In this document: in pieces, positions 13,060 through 26,390 of the stretch
How positions within the stretch are numbered: position 1 is the first letter of the stretch
Layout of the letters: every line of letters begins with the position of its first letter
Source of the DNA: the human T2T-CHM13v2.0 reference genome, Homo sapiens
DNA length: 64,000 bases
Direction: 5' to 3' (one strand)
Assembly (NCBI RefSeq): GCF_009914755.1
Contig: NC_060942.1
The notes under the pieces: model-generated
The model's input: the letters and a program-made list of their open reading frames with translations, nothing else
The model's database searches: none
What the model was told of the DNA's origin: nothing
Program-made: the position numbers and the translations under genes

Positions 13060-15255
13060 GGAGATAATCATCTGAGCAGACGTCAATAAATAATTTAATG
13101 AATCAAAAAAGTGGTATACATTTACATTAAGAACCAAGAAAATAAAACACTTGGATATAAATCTAACAAAATATGTATAAAAGCTGTATGAGCAAAACCA
13201 TAAAACTTTGATGAAAGAAATCAAATAACTAAATAAATAGAAAGATATTCTATATTCATGGATAGAAAGACTCAATATTGTCAAGATTCCTCTTAATGTG
13301 ATCTACAGATGCAACACAATTCAAATCACAACACCTGCAAGTTACTTGGTAGTAACTTGTAGTAACACAACAAACTGGTTCTAAAGTTATACAGAAAAGC
13401 AAAAGGCCTATAAATATCAACACAAAATTGAAACAGCAGAACAAACTAAAAGGACTGGAATTATCCTTCAAGACCTACTACAAGGCTACAGTAATCAAGA
13501 CAGCATGACACTGGCAAAAGAATAAATAGATCAACAGAACAGAACTGAGCACTCAGAAACAGACCCACATATAGTTAATTGGTCTTTGACAAAGAAGCAA
13601 AGACAGTATAATGGGGAAAGGTAGTCTCTTCAACCAGATGCTGAAACAACTGGATATCCACATGCAAAAAAAAGACAGATCTAAATATGAAATGCAAAAC
13701 TATAAAACTCTAAAACGATAAAATAGGAGAAAATCCAAATGACCTTGGGTATGGTGATGACTTTTTGGATACAACACCAAAGGCACAATCCATGAAAGAA
13801 ATTATTGATAGGAAGATTAAAATTTTAAAATTTAAAGTTTCCTACTCTGTGAAAGACATGATCCATCAAAAAAATAACTGAGAGCAAGGGCCTCATTAAA
13901 ATTAAAAATTTCTATTCTGTGAAAGACACTGTGAAGAGAATGAGAAGAAATGCCACAGGCTGGGAGAAAACACTTGCAGAAGACATATCTGATAATGGAT
14001 TGTTATCTAAAATATACAAAGAACTCTCAAAACTCAGCAAGAACACAACCCAATTAAAAAGTGGACCAAAGACTAACAGATATATCATCAAAAAAGATAC
14101 ACAGATGGCACAAGCATATGAAGAGATGCTCAACATCATATGTCATTAGGGAACTGCAAATTAAAACAATGAGATACCACTACACATCTATTCAAATGCC
14201 AAAATTTAAAACACTAACACCACCAAACGCTGACAAGGATGTGGAGCAATAGGAACTCTCATTCATTACTGGTGGGAATGGCAAAACTGGTACAGGCATT
14301 TTGGAAGACAGTTAAGCAGTTTCTTACAAAATTAAACATACTTTAACCATCATTCATTCATCTACTCTGTATGATATGACAATGATAGATACATTTCATC
14401 ATGCATTTGTCTAATCCCATAGAATATAAATTTCTTACAAAATTAAACATATTTTAACCATCATCCTTTGATCTACTCTGTATGATATGACAATGATAGA
14501 TACATTTCATCATGCATTTGTCTAATCCCATAGAATATAAATTTCTTACAAAATTAAACATACTTTAACCATCATCCTTTGATCTACTCTGTACATGACA
14601 ATGATAGATACATTGATCAACACATTGATACATTGATAGATACAATTGATACACTGATCAATAAACTTATAGATACATTGATAGATGTATCTATCAATGT
14701 ATAGATATCAATAGATATAGATATCAATAGATATGCATTGATATCTATCATAGATATCATAGATAGACATCAATGTATAGACAGATGTATCTATCAATAA
14801 TTGATAGGTACATTGATAGATAGATGATACATAGATAGATGATACATTGATACACTGATAGATACAATTGACAGATACAATTGATACACTGATCAACACA
14901 TTGACAGATACAATAGATATATTGATCAATATGATACACTGATAGATACATTTCATCATGCATTTGTCTAATCCCATAGAAGATAAACACCTACACCTAC
15001 AGGGAACACTGAAGTAAACTATATTTGGGTGATAATCCAGTGCCAATGCAGGTTTATTAATTATAACAAATGTATTCCTCTGCTGAGGGACACTGACGGT
15101 GCAGAAGGCTATATGTGTGTGGGGGTGGCTTGACATTAATAACTGCAAATTTTAATTCTCCCAACAAACAACTAATTTTTTTTCTTTTTAATTCTGTACT
15201 TTCTGCTCAATTTTGTGGTGAACCTAAAATTACTCTCAAAACTAAATGTAAAAAA
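13060..15255 (+). mobile_element. L1MC-type ORF2 end and 3'UTR, rearranged
   Basis: gaaagactcaatattgtcaagat...atatctgataatggattgttatctaaaatatacaaagaactc...ctgtactttctgctcaattttg; contains the repeats listed below. Confidence 0.85.
14320..14980. repeat. 111-bp tandem triplication; third copy interrupted by a degenerate GATA/TAGA expansion of about 340 bp
   Basis: Unit tttcttacaaaattaaacata...atcccatagaatataaa starts at 14320, 14431 and 14542; the third copy resumes at gatagatacatttcatcatgc near 14941. Confidence 0.9.
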
Positions 15256-17314
15256 ATAAATATAAAGACTTATTTTTTCAAAATAATGGTATATTATTTA
15301 GAAATATAAAAGGTTAAATGAAGGTAAAGGTTTATATAAACCACTAGAACAGGTGAGAATTTAGAAAGTTTGTCTCTCAGGAGGAAACATTTAAAAAGGG
15401 ATGAGACAAATAACATTTGTTCTCATTATAAGCCTCTGTGCAATGTGATTTTGTCTCCAAACCATGTGCATACATATATGACCACTTAAAATTCAGCATC
15501 AATGACTACCAGAAAATATTCAAATGTAATATAATCTGGATTATGTCTGAAAAGAAATTACTCTGTAAAGAAGTAAGTTATAAGTCAGAAAAAATTAAAA
15601 AGAAAAAAATCAATTGTTTGTTGGGAGAATTAAAATTTGCAGTTATTAATGTCAAATCACTTTATTCCTATTTTGCTATACATGTATTAATAAAGTAAAC
15701 AAAATTAACAGCAGCATTCAGTAACAATCTTGGTTTTTTACCAGGAAAAATTCTCTGAAGGCACCAGACATCAATTTTCAAGCTAAAAAGCTACTGTAAA
15801 CTTAATACGTAATACTGTCTTGGTATCTGAAAATACTACAATCTTTGATTCTTTGATTCAATCGATGCCTTAAATGCCTAATTCATTCAGAAAGCTATAC
15901 TGGATGTTTGCCTTGCAACACCTAAAACTTAAAATACTGACTTGCTGTAGTCACCCCCCAACCCTACCCTCACTCCTCCACCCACCTTACGGCTAGATTC
16001 AAAGAAGTATTTTAGCATCAACATGCAGGGCTGTAGAAAGGCATTTTCCCAATAGCTAGGCCCTTCGTTGCCAACCATGGGTCTCTCCTGTACCTTCACT
16101 CTCTTCCAACGACTTGGAGACTCCATAAAGAAACCATTTATGACTCTTTAGGTTCTTGAACCATCTACTCACTGTTACTACCAAATGTTTTCAGTACTCA
16201 AATTTCCACAGTAGAACATCTAACCCAGTACTATTAGTCTATGGATCCAATAAATGTGCATCTTATATAATGTTATTACATTTTTAAAATGCTATAAGCT
16301 GAATTTTATAAATAAGATTCTCAGTTTCACACTCAAATATTTCCAAAATGGATTTTAGAAAAATATTTCTAATAATTATATTCTTTTTTATATCTCAATA
16401 AACAGAGAACCCTAAAAATAATCAAATCTTTAGTCCTCTAACATTTGAGTCTTTGCTACATCAACATTGCTTCTTTATCCCTAATATTCCACAAACCCTC
16501 TGCTCAACCTAATGTGCTTGTGATTTTCCAAATACATTATTCATACCTAAGAAGTCCCTATCCAGTTCTTTTCTGCCTCTTTAATGATTTAGCCAGTGCT
16601 AATCTGTTCAACTCCAAATGACTGTGGCATCTACCAATGTTCTTCTCATCGGGGTATCTTTTTGTCTATCTACCTCTAAGCTCTTCAAGAGTCACACCTT
16701 TTTATGTTCAGGGTCTACTCCACTGTACACACATAGTATATTCACAATATGTTTTTGAGGATGACCTGAATTAAAAAGAAATTATTATACTAAGAATAAT
16801 CTAGGGACTACTGAGATATAAAGCCCATCGTCCCTAAACTAAACGGCCCCAGAATACTCAGCATTTATAACTAATTAATCTACTAGTCCCTTAAACATTC
16901 TCAGGTGTTATTTCTCAGTGTTTCAGCTTCCAGTAGCCCCTTTCTACTACCAATGTCAGTAAGACACCCTGTTGTTACAATGTGCCAACTACAAATGAGC
17001 CATTACACTTGCAGTGGAATATGCCTTAGCACAATACTGTTTCCATATAGACTAGATGCTGAGAAACAAACAAAATGCTTTAAGCACAGTGAACAGGTTA
17101 GACCCTTACTAATTTACTCAGTAAAGAAATATTTGAGTCTACCATGTGCCAAGCTAACCTGAATATCATGGATGCAGCAGCAGTGAGCAAACCAAATGCT
17201 GCCACAAGAGCCCTTGTTTTCATGGAGGTTTCATTCTAGTTTTATTGGGAAAATATGAGCAAGAGAGGTAACAGGTAATATGAAGAGTAGTGAAAAGTGT
17301 TAAGACAAAAAACA

Positions 17315-17625
17315 GGCCAGGTGTGGTGGCTCTTGCCTGTAATCCCAGCACTTTAGGAGGCCAAGGCAGGAGGGTTGCTTGAGCCCAGAATTCAAGGCCA
17401 GCCTGGGCAACACAGCAAGACCTCATCTCTAAAAATAATTTTAAAAATTAGCCAGGCATGGTGGCACACACCTGTGGCCCCAGATACTCAAGAGTCTGAG
17501 ATGGGAGAATTGCTTGAGCCTGGGCAGTTGAGGCTATACTGAGCCATGATTGTGCCACTGCCCTCCAGGCTGGGTGACAGAGTGGGAATCCCATCTCAAA
17601 AAAATAAATAAATAAGTAAATAAAT
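17315..17625 (+). mobile_element. AluJ inserted in an L2 remnant
   Basis: Diverged Alu with (TAAA)n tail and L2-like flanks. Confidence 0.9.
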
Positions 17626-19784
17626 AACACATGAAAAAAGACACAGAATGAGAGGGCAGCTATTTTCAGGTGGTCAAAGCTACTCTATAGGGTAGTCAGG
17701 GTGGCCATTTCTAAAGAAACAAAACGTGAAGCAGATGAAAGCTTGAAGGTGGTCAGAACGTGAGCCATGCAAATATCTAAAGGAAGACAAACTGTAGAAG
17801 GAAAGAAGGCAAAGGCCCTAGACACAGCATGGACTGGCATGCTCCACATTAGCAAGACCACCAGTGAGGGTTAGCAGATGACATCAGATATCCCCTGTAC
17901 TCGACAAGTCACAGTACACAAATAGATACACACTCCCTGAAAAAGGCAGTGAAAGCAATTAATTATGAAACTCTCATCTTTATCAATCTATACCTTACGA
18001 AAAAAACTACAAAAAGTTTTCTTAGATTAAATTATAATTGACAAATCTGCAAATCAGGGCCAGACTAAAAATTAAACAGTCCTCAATGAGTTCACAGGTT
18101 CATAAGAAAGACCACAGAAATGGATCCCAGAGAAAGAGGCTGTATTTTGGGTCTGAGGCCAATAGAAAGAGGCCTACTCTGAGCAGACCTGCCCAGAGTG
18201 GTGGCACTAGTGAGAAGGAGTGGGGCCTGTGCTTGACACTGACATCCTCATGTACAACTAACAGCCACAGATTTGCTGAAAAATGACAGCAACAAAAACA
18301 AAGACAAGGGAAAAAAATCTAATTTGAGTCCTCAAAATAACTTCCATTTCTTAACAAAACAGCATCACAAGCAGCCCCAAAATACAAGGATGGGTCTATA
18401 CGGCATCACTGCTTCTGCGGCTATGGCCACACCTGACTCCACCACTCGGTTGGTTCCCACAAGTCTCATTCAGCCCTTATAGTAACACTACAAGAACCCA
18501 GACAGTGTCACAAGTTCCGAGCGCTGGGCTTTTACCTCTGGCTTACCTACCCACGTTCTTTCTGTTAGAACACTCCATATTAGTGTCTTGAGGAAAATAC
18601 CTTTATCTTTATTACTTTCCTGTTTACTTCACTGAGACACAGGGAAGGTATAAAAATCAAAGGCAAGGATTTGCTTTTGGCCGATTTATTTAAATTCTAG
18701 TGGGATCGATCCAATACACACTGAAAAATGTCAAGCCCGTGCATGACTTAATCTTTATTTTAAATATATAAATGCTGAGAGCTATGGAGTTAAGGAAGGA
18801 CTCCTGAAAGATGAACAATTTTAATGAAGATTAGTACCTCCGTGAATTAATATTTTATCAAGAAATCCAAAGTGTCTGAGAAACAGTAGCCACTAACTAC
18901 TTAAAAGTGAATCTTCATTACAAATGAACTCCTACAAAGATCACTGTAATGAACTTCTGGGAGTTTATTTCAAGTATGCCACTGATCCTATTCTCTTTAT
19001 AATAAGGTATCATTTACATTTTAGTTTACAGATCTCTAAATAAATATATAGCATACACATGTATGTGTCCGTGGTAAACCCTTTGCTCTCAATATTAACA
19101 GAATGATTTTAAAAGTCTCATAAGAAACATTTACGCTAGTTTGAATTACCCTCAGTGGCCATTAAAATTCATTTCATCTTGTTATTTACCTGCTAATGCA
19201 GCACAGGATGAATTACCAATGTGAAATGTGAAACGTTTATAGCACTTCTGATGATGTTCAGGTGTGAGAGCATTCGTGGTTTGCATATATTCCTATTTCC
19301 TCTTAAATTATACACTGATCCATAAATACTGCACTACAGTTAGAGGAAATGAAACATTTAAAGAGTAGTTTGGTTTCACATGGAAACTGTTACCAAGACA
19401 AACCTTCTTGTAGGATGGAGTTCCAAGAACATTAAATCATCAGAAATTGTTTCAGCAGCTGGTTAAAGCTGAGTGTACATAATAGGAGACAACTGGCTAG
19501 CTGTGCATTTTCAGCTAATTTAAAAGGTATAAACACATTAAAACACTGAAATGTTTGATATATTACAACACAATCGGCTTGCTCCTCAAGAGTGTTTAAA
19601 TGGCTGCTCTATTCATTGTGTTTGGAGCCAATTTACTATCTAAAGGTATTTACTGTTTCCATCACCCTGAATGTCACCAAAACATTTTATCAATAAAGGC
19701 AAAAAAAAAAAAAAAAGCGTGTACTCATTTAAGATATATACTAAATTCCTGGTATTGTGTTATATAAAAAAAAAATATATTTAG

Positions 19785-20081
<297 letters not shown>

Positions 20082-20169
20082 ATTGCAGGTGGTGCTACTT
20101 TTAAAATTACATCAGGAACACATGAAGCACTCCACATACCATGACAAAGAAACAGTACACAGTATATGT

Positions 20170-20600
20170 GTTTCCCTTCCCTGATCTGACCACATGTAAA
20201 AGAAACCTAACCACAGTGGCCTAAGCAAGATAGGTATCTATTTTTCTCATGTAAGAGGAAACCCAAAGATATGGGATCCAGGGCCAATGTAATAGTTTCA
20301 TATTGTCACCAATGTCCCATGCTCCCAGGACACTAGTCTTTGCATGCAATGCTCATTAACATAGTTTCAAGACAGCCCAAGCATTGCCTCCACATTCCAG
20401 GAAGGAAGAGAAGGCAATGAGCAAAAGGCTAGAGTGGATATGCTCTGCAAGTTCATGACTTCTGCTCACATATACTTGACCCAAACTATGTCACATGGTC
20501 ACATGGAACCGCCAAAGTGTCTGAAAAACTAATCTGGGCACACAGCACCACTCTAAACAATACTGGAGTTCTGTTAGAATGGAAGGGGAGAAAGGATGTC
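20170..20600 (-). mobile_element. Old MaLR LTR (MLT1J/K-like)
   Basis: gaaacctaaccacagtggcctaagcaagataggtatctatttttctcat...tcacatggtcaca. Confidence 0.55.
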
Positions 20601-21148
20601 ATGCAAGTGTCTGCTGCAGGAGCTCCGGTTGAATGGGAAATTGTCCCATTTCCTTCCCTAGGCAATGACTCTTCAGCTGCCTCAGCCCTACTTTCCTGGG
20701 TGCATACCACCAGGCCATATCACGACAGGGGTTGGTGGTTCTCACTTCGAAATCTATATTAAAATTCTAGATGCTGCATTCATGTACGACAGCAGCCTGG
20801 AGCCTATTTTCTCACAAATACCTGTCTTTCCTTTTGGGGCCATAGACAAATAGCACATTTCCAATTATATCTCCATGTAGACTGAGATTCTGTGATGAGA
20901 AACATTAAAATCTACTTTTTTATTTCAAAAATAATTCCTTGTACATATGCATTTTCAACAGGAGATGTAAATTGGTTCCACAGAGGTAAGTAAAAATCTT
21001 CATAGATACAATAATAATGGTTTGCGGTCCTCCAAAGGGCTGCAGGACATAAACAGATATTCAGTGTGTCTGGGGATTCAAATTTCATTAAGTGGGAGAG
21101 GCAATTATCAAAGAAATGTCAAACAAGGCTTCTCAGGGGGACAATATA

Positions 21149-21465
21149 TTTTTTTAATTTTTTAATTTTTTATTTTTTTTGTGACGTAGTCTCGCTCTGT
21201 AGCCCAGGCTGGAGTGCAGTGGCGTGATCTCGGCTCACTGCAACCTCTGCCTCCCGACCTTGGTCCAAACGATTCTCCTGCATCAGCCTCCTGAGTAGCT
21301 GGGATTACAGGCATGCGCCACCACGCCCAGCTAGTTTTTGTATTTTTAGTAGAAACGGGGTTTCACCATGTTGGCCAGGCTGGTCGTGAACTCCTGACCT
21401 CATGAACTGCCCACCTTGGCCTTCCAAAATGCTGAGATTACAGGCATAAGCCACTGCATCCGGCC
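21149..21465 (-). mobile_element. AluS
   Basis: Poly-T followed by reverse-complement Alu. Confidence 0.93.
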
Positions 21466-21608
21466 TAATTTTTTTTTTTTTTTTTTTAAGTAGAGACAGG
21501 GTCTCACTATATTGCCCAGGCTGGTCTCCAACTCCTGCATCCAAACAATACACCTGCCTCAGGCTCCCAAAGTGCTGGGATTACAGGCGTGAGACACTGC
21601 ACCTGGCC
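21466..21608 (-). mobile_element. FLAM / Alu left monomer
   Basis: T-run then tagagacagggtctcactat...acctggcc. Confidence 0.85.
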
Positions 21609-21658
21609 AATACTTTTTTTTAAAGGTGGAGAATCACTGCTTTAAAAGTAACAAATGA

Positions 21659-21790
21659 GGCCAGGCACGGTGGCTCACACCTGTAATCCAGGCACTTTAG
21701 GAGGCTGAGGTGGGAGGATCACTTGAAGCTGGGAGTTCGAGACCAACCTGGCCAACATAGTGAGGCCCTGTCTCTACTTTAAATTTTTAA
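21659..21790 (+). mobile_element. FLAM_C / Alu left monomer
   Basis: ggccaggcacggtggctcac...ccctgtctctac. Confidence 0.85.
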
Positions 21791-21829
21791 AAGCAACAAA
21801 TGAGATGAACATTTCGAATCACAAAGGAA

Positions 21830-22280
21830 TTGCATTGAGCTGCAGTGACAGAAGCCCAGTTACAGCAGTGTTAACAAATAAGGGTCTATTTCTGTCACAT
21901 GAGAAGTCCAGGATGAAAAAAGGTGGTACTGGTAGTTGTTGGCTTTGGTTCAGCAGCTCAATGACATCAAAACAGAATTTTCTGTAAGTCTCTTGGTTCA
22001 TGGTGCCAAGAAGGCTATGCAACTCAAAAGACTATCCACATTCCAGACAGCAGGAGAAAGGGCTGTTAAGATCAAAAAGATGTGCCTCCTAGCTGACTCA
22101 ATCAGTTCCTTTTAGAGAGCTTTACCCAGAGGTTTCATTGGAGGACCTTCCCCTACATCTCACTGACTATGCCTAGCTTCAAAGAAGGCTGGAAACGAAA
22201 ACCTGGCTTCAAAAGAGGCTGGAAATACAATCAGGAAGTCAGGAAGATAAGGAGAACTCAACTCACTGTGTCTACCACAA
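21830..22280 (-). mobile_element. Old MaLR LTR (MLT1J/K-like)
   Basis: agctgcagtgacagaagccc...aacaaataagggtctatttc...gcctagcttcaaagaaggctggaaa...gtctaccaca. Confidence 0.55.
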
Positions 22281-22603
22281 TATGAAGTAGATTCAAACTG
22301 CTTCTCTCTTAAAATCTTGTTTCCAAAGATCTATAAGATCTCTTAATACAGAGATTAATTCTGTGCCTACCATATTCTTAATATAGTTTCACTGTTTTCC
22401 CCTTAACAACGTAACATTTTTGTTTTGACAATGAATAGTCAGTCTAAATATTAGGTAGAGAGAAAAGAACTCTGTGGATATAGAATCCTTAAAAGGCACA
22501 CATATAAGTTCTATACAAGGACCCACAAACTTCTCAACATGATCAATGATTATCTGCCATATACAAAGAAGATAAAACAAATCCTGGCCTAGCCAGAACT
22601 TAC

Positions 22604-22676
22604 AAGAGTGGAATATCAGTGATCAACTGCATCAAACAGCACAGCAATTCTTCCAAAAGATCTTCTGAGTCAGAAC
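22604..22676 (-). CDS. DYM: Dymeclin coding exon (exon 6), 73 nt, phase 1 to 2
   Basis: Acceptor ttatgtgtcttaccag|GTTCTG and donor CTCTT|gtaagt; translates SSDSEDLLEELLCCLMQLITDIPL, matching dymeclin as I recall it and in frame with the preceding exon. Confidence 0.97.
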
Positions 22677-23605
22677 CTGGTAAGACACATAAAAAGATTT
22701 TTTTTTAACAAAGTACACAGTAGAATACAGTTGTTCAGAAGTTACATTTTCATTCCTAATGAGAATACAAACAGTTATCATTATATAAACTCAGATATTA
22801 ATGTTGACCTCTGAATAAAATCCAAATCATGAATAGGTTAGCATCTATGATGATCTTCATCTAGCATAGGACCTTTCAACACCTGCTGTTAATAATACAG
22901 CTTTTAAAGCTTGAAGGTACTTTAGGCTCCTGTACGCCAGTAGTTGTCAGATTTCTTATACTGCACTGTGTTTCTTTCAATGAAATCTTACATTAAAGCC
23001 AAATATATGAGACAGATAAAAATCAAGCTGCTCTCACTGCTTTGTTTGAAGCAGGGGTAGAGGACTTTTATCCCTCCCTCCCCAACAAATATCTGGCCTT
23101 ACCCTTGATTTCTTGATGGGAGGGCCTGAAGGTACCTTTTATGAACCTCTGGCACTCCACGGATCATAGACTGAACCCCATTAAAGAGGCCAACCTCCTC
23201 TTTACAGACAATGAGTCAAAGGTAAAAGGGCTTTCCCAAGTCACAGAATAAATAAGTGGCAACGGCAGGATGCAAATTACCATTCCAATGGAAATGTTCC
23301 CCTATCCCAAACTACTACAGGTAAGTGACCTCCAAATTCCCAAAGTCAGTCAGTATCTCATGTGACTTCTGGTCTTGGACATTACTGACACCTACTCCTT
23401 CATGAAATTCTTTCTTTTCTCAGTTCTTATAATACTTTATTTTTAACCAACTTCTTTTTCTATTTCTTCCCAGTGTCTGCTTCCTCAAAATACGTTTCAA
23501 CTATTGGCATGTTCCCCAGAGTTCCACCATTGTCATGCTTTTTTGTTCATTATCTCATCACCACAGTGCAGCTAAACAAGTTTACTAAATTAAAACTCAC
23601 TCCTG

Positions 23606-23950
<345 letters not shown>

Positions 23951-25953
23951 TTAGTATTGTAGTTCCAATTTTACTCCTCTGCAATCCAAACTCCAGATTG
24001 CAATCAGACAGAGCTAACTAAACTCCATCCTTTCACTCTCCTGGCTTAGATCTTTTCAATTACTTTAAGCTGATTAATATATATCAGAAAAATTCCATGC
24101 TCCAAAGTACAGCATGCCAGACTCTTGGAGATATAGGTCCTGCATCCCTTTCTACATTTATCTTCCTCCAGTACTGCAGTGTATATTCCAGCAATGCCAA
24201 GCTATCCACTACATGCCATTTCACACCTCAGTAACATTCCCTCTGCCTGGAATAGCCTCCAACAATAAAAACCTAGTTTTTAAAAAGCCCATCTGTATCC
24301 ATCTGAACCATCCTCAGTTTCATATCCTCCATGAAACCCACTCCCTTGTCTCACCCTGAATAATCTATAAAGTATCTATGCCTTGTGCATGCCTCTTGCG
24401 TTGCATATGTTGGTTACATTATGCCATCATTTTTTGTCTACAAGCAGGCAGGCCCCTACTGGACTCTATACTTCTAGAGGATGATGACTCACAAAGAGCT
24501 TGCACATAGTATGTACTCAATACAATTTGCTGAACTGAGCCCAAGCATCTCAGAAAAAATCCAGCAGTTAATTGCAAAGCATCAAAGCACTTGGAGTCTC
24601 AAAAAAAAAAAGTTTAGCAATTTCTTTTCTAGGCTACAATATCACCTAGCATTCAGAAATTATAAAGAAATTTCATCCTGCTTTGCCACAAAGAACTGGC
24701 ACAGTAACCCCGTGAGAGGTAAGTACAAATCTTAAAAAGAATATTAAATCATGCTGAACACAGCAATCGATGCTAAAAAGGATACACAGCAAGACTCAAG
24801 TTCAACAACCAAATTAAATCTCACTCCAAGAAACATCGGGCTTGGCTCTATTATTAGTGAAGAAAAAAAAATAAAAGAGTAAGTCACACTTGTCTCTGGG
24901 ACTGCATGATTAGTTACCAGATCTAACTAAAATCCCTCTCATTGCCAAGGCTGTCCAACATAACTCAAGTTAACAACCTACTCCAACAAGTTGATTTGTT
25001 GGTATGTAATATATACTCAATGTACGTTTGCTAAATGGTCACTCCTTAACTCATTCTACAGGATGCAATGTCCCAGGCCCAAGAAAGAACACTTAAAATC
25101 ACTCAGTGATTCCCTAAGAAACATTTCAGACCAAATGCCAGTTTAATAACATCCCTGTTCAGCCAAGCAGCCAGCACAGTTTTTTAATTACGGAAGGTGA
25201 GAGACCAAGCACTCAGGAACCACAGATGGTGCCTGATTTGATTTTTTAACTTCCAGGGGTATAAAAACACCTAATTTTTACATCTTAAAATGATGACAAG
25301 GATTCTCTATTCAATTCCATGTGCCACTCAAATCACAACCTCGGCCAAATTTACAGTTGGGTCAATTAAGGAGTATACACACAGCTTTGTTACCAATCTA
25401 ATAAAATAATGAAGATGATGATAAACATATTTCATAGAAGTAAAATGTAATATTTCAAGGCCAAAGCTCTAACAAAAGACAATAAGCAATTTCCAGCTGA
25501 AATATCTTAAGACTTCCGTTCACTAAAAAAAAAATTCCTCAGAATTCTAAATTCTTGTTTCTCAGCTAATCTAGAAGTAAATAATTGTATTTTAAGTGAA
25601 GATTGACAAGATTTGACTGCTTACTAGGTTTGACATCAAGCAAGCCATTCATATTGCATTATTTCCCAACTAGCACTTATATCACCTTAGCTTTCTTATA
25701 AGGCCAAATATCTTCCTTAGTTCCAAAAAATAAATATAAACTCACCTACAAAAAGTATAGTAACACATTCAAGCATTTCATACAGTAAAAAGAATCTTAA
25801 AAGTTCTTGAAATTTGCAGGTCAATGACAAAATAAACTGAGGTTCTTTGAGCAAAGGTCTTTGCAAAGATTCAGTGTGTTTACTGTATTGTAAAGTTTTA
25901 TAACTTAGAGTTCTCTAAGAAAGAACATTTCTCTCCTAAGAGTTCTCTCTCAA

Positions 25954-26089
25954 TGCTTGGTGCAGTGGCACCTGCTATAGCACCAGCTACTCAGGAGGCT
26001 GAGGCAGGAGGATCTCTTGAGCCCAGGAGTTGGAGGCCAGCTTGGGCAACATACCAAGACCCTATCTCTTAAAACAAACAAACAAACAA
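25954..26089 (+). mobile_element. FLAM_A-like Alu monomer
   Basis: Monomer with (CAAA)n tail; aagagttctc on both flanks. Confidence 0.8.
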
Positions 26090-26174
26090 GAGTTCTCCCT
26101 TAAAGAGTTTTAAATTACCACAATAGGTCCAGACAAATATTTTAATATTTTAAGTCTTAGTTTCTATAAGATCA

Positions 26175-26390
26175 TATTAACAGCAAACATTTACCAAGTA
26201 CTCTACCCTTTGACAGGCATTGTGATGAGCACTTTATACTCAATGTCATGTTAACGTTAATCCTGACAGTAACTCTTGATGAATAGTTAATGATTATGAT
26301 CATCATTTTACAGATGAAGACATCAAGGCTCAGATAGGTTAGTTTAATTAGAGTAAGGGGCAGAAACCAGATTGGAACTCAAATCTATAC
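26175..26390 (-). mobile_element. MIR
   Basis: cattttacagatgaagacatcaaggctcagataggttag reverse MIR core. Confidence 0.7.

Noticed and set aside
13919-14252. ORFs resembling the L1 ORF2 C-terminus (also at 52019 and 55956)
   Set aside because: They are short, frameshifted relics of dead L1 copies with no intact retrotransposon.
14320-14980. Regularly spaced repeats superficially resembling a CRISPR array, and ORFs 14708-15148 and 14757-14990
   Set aside because: The copies are head-to-tail with no unique spacers, in a primate L1 context with no cas genes; the ORFs are low-complexity translations.
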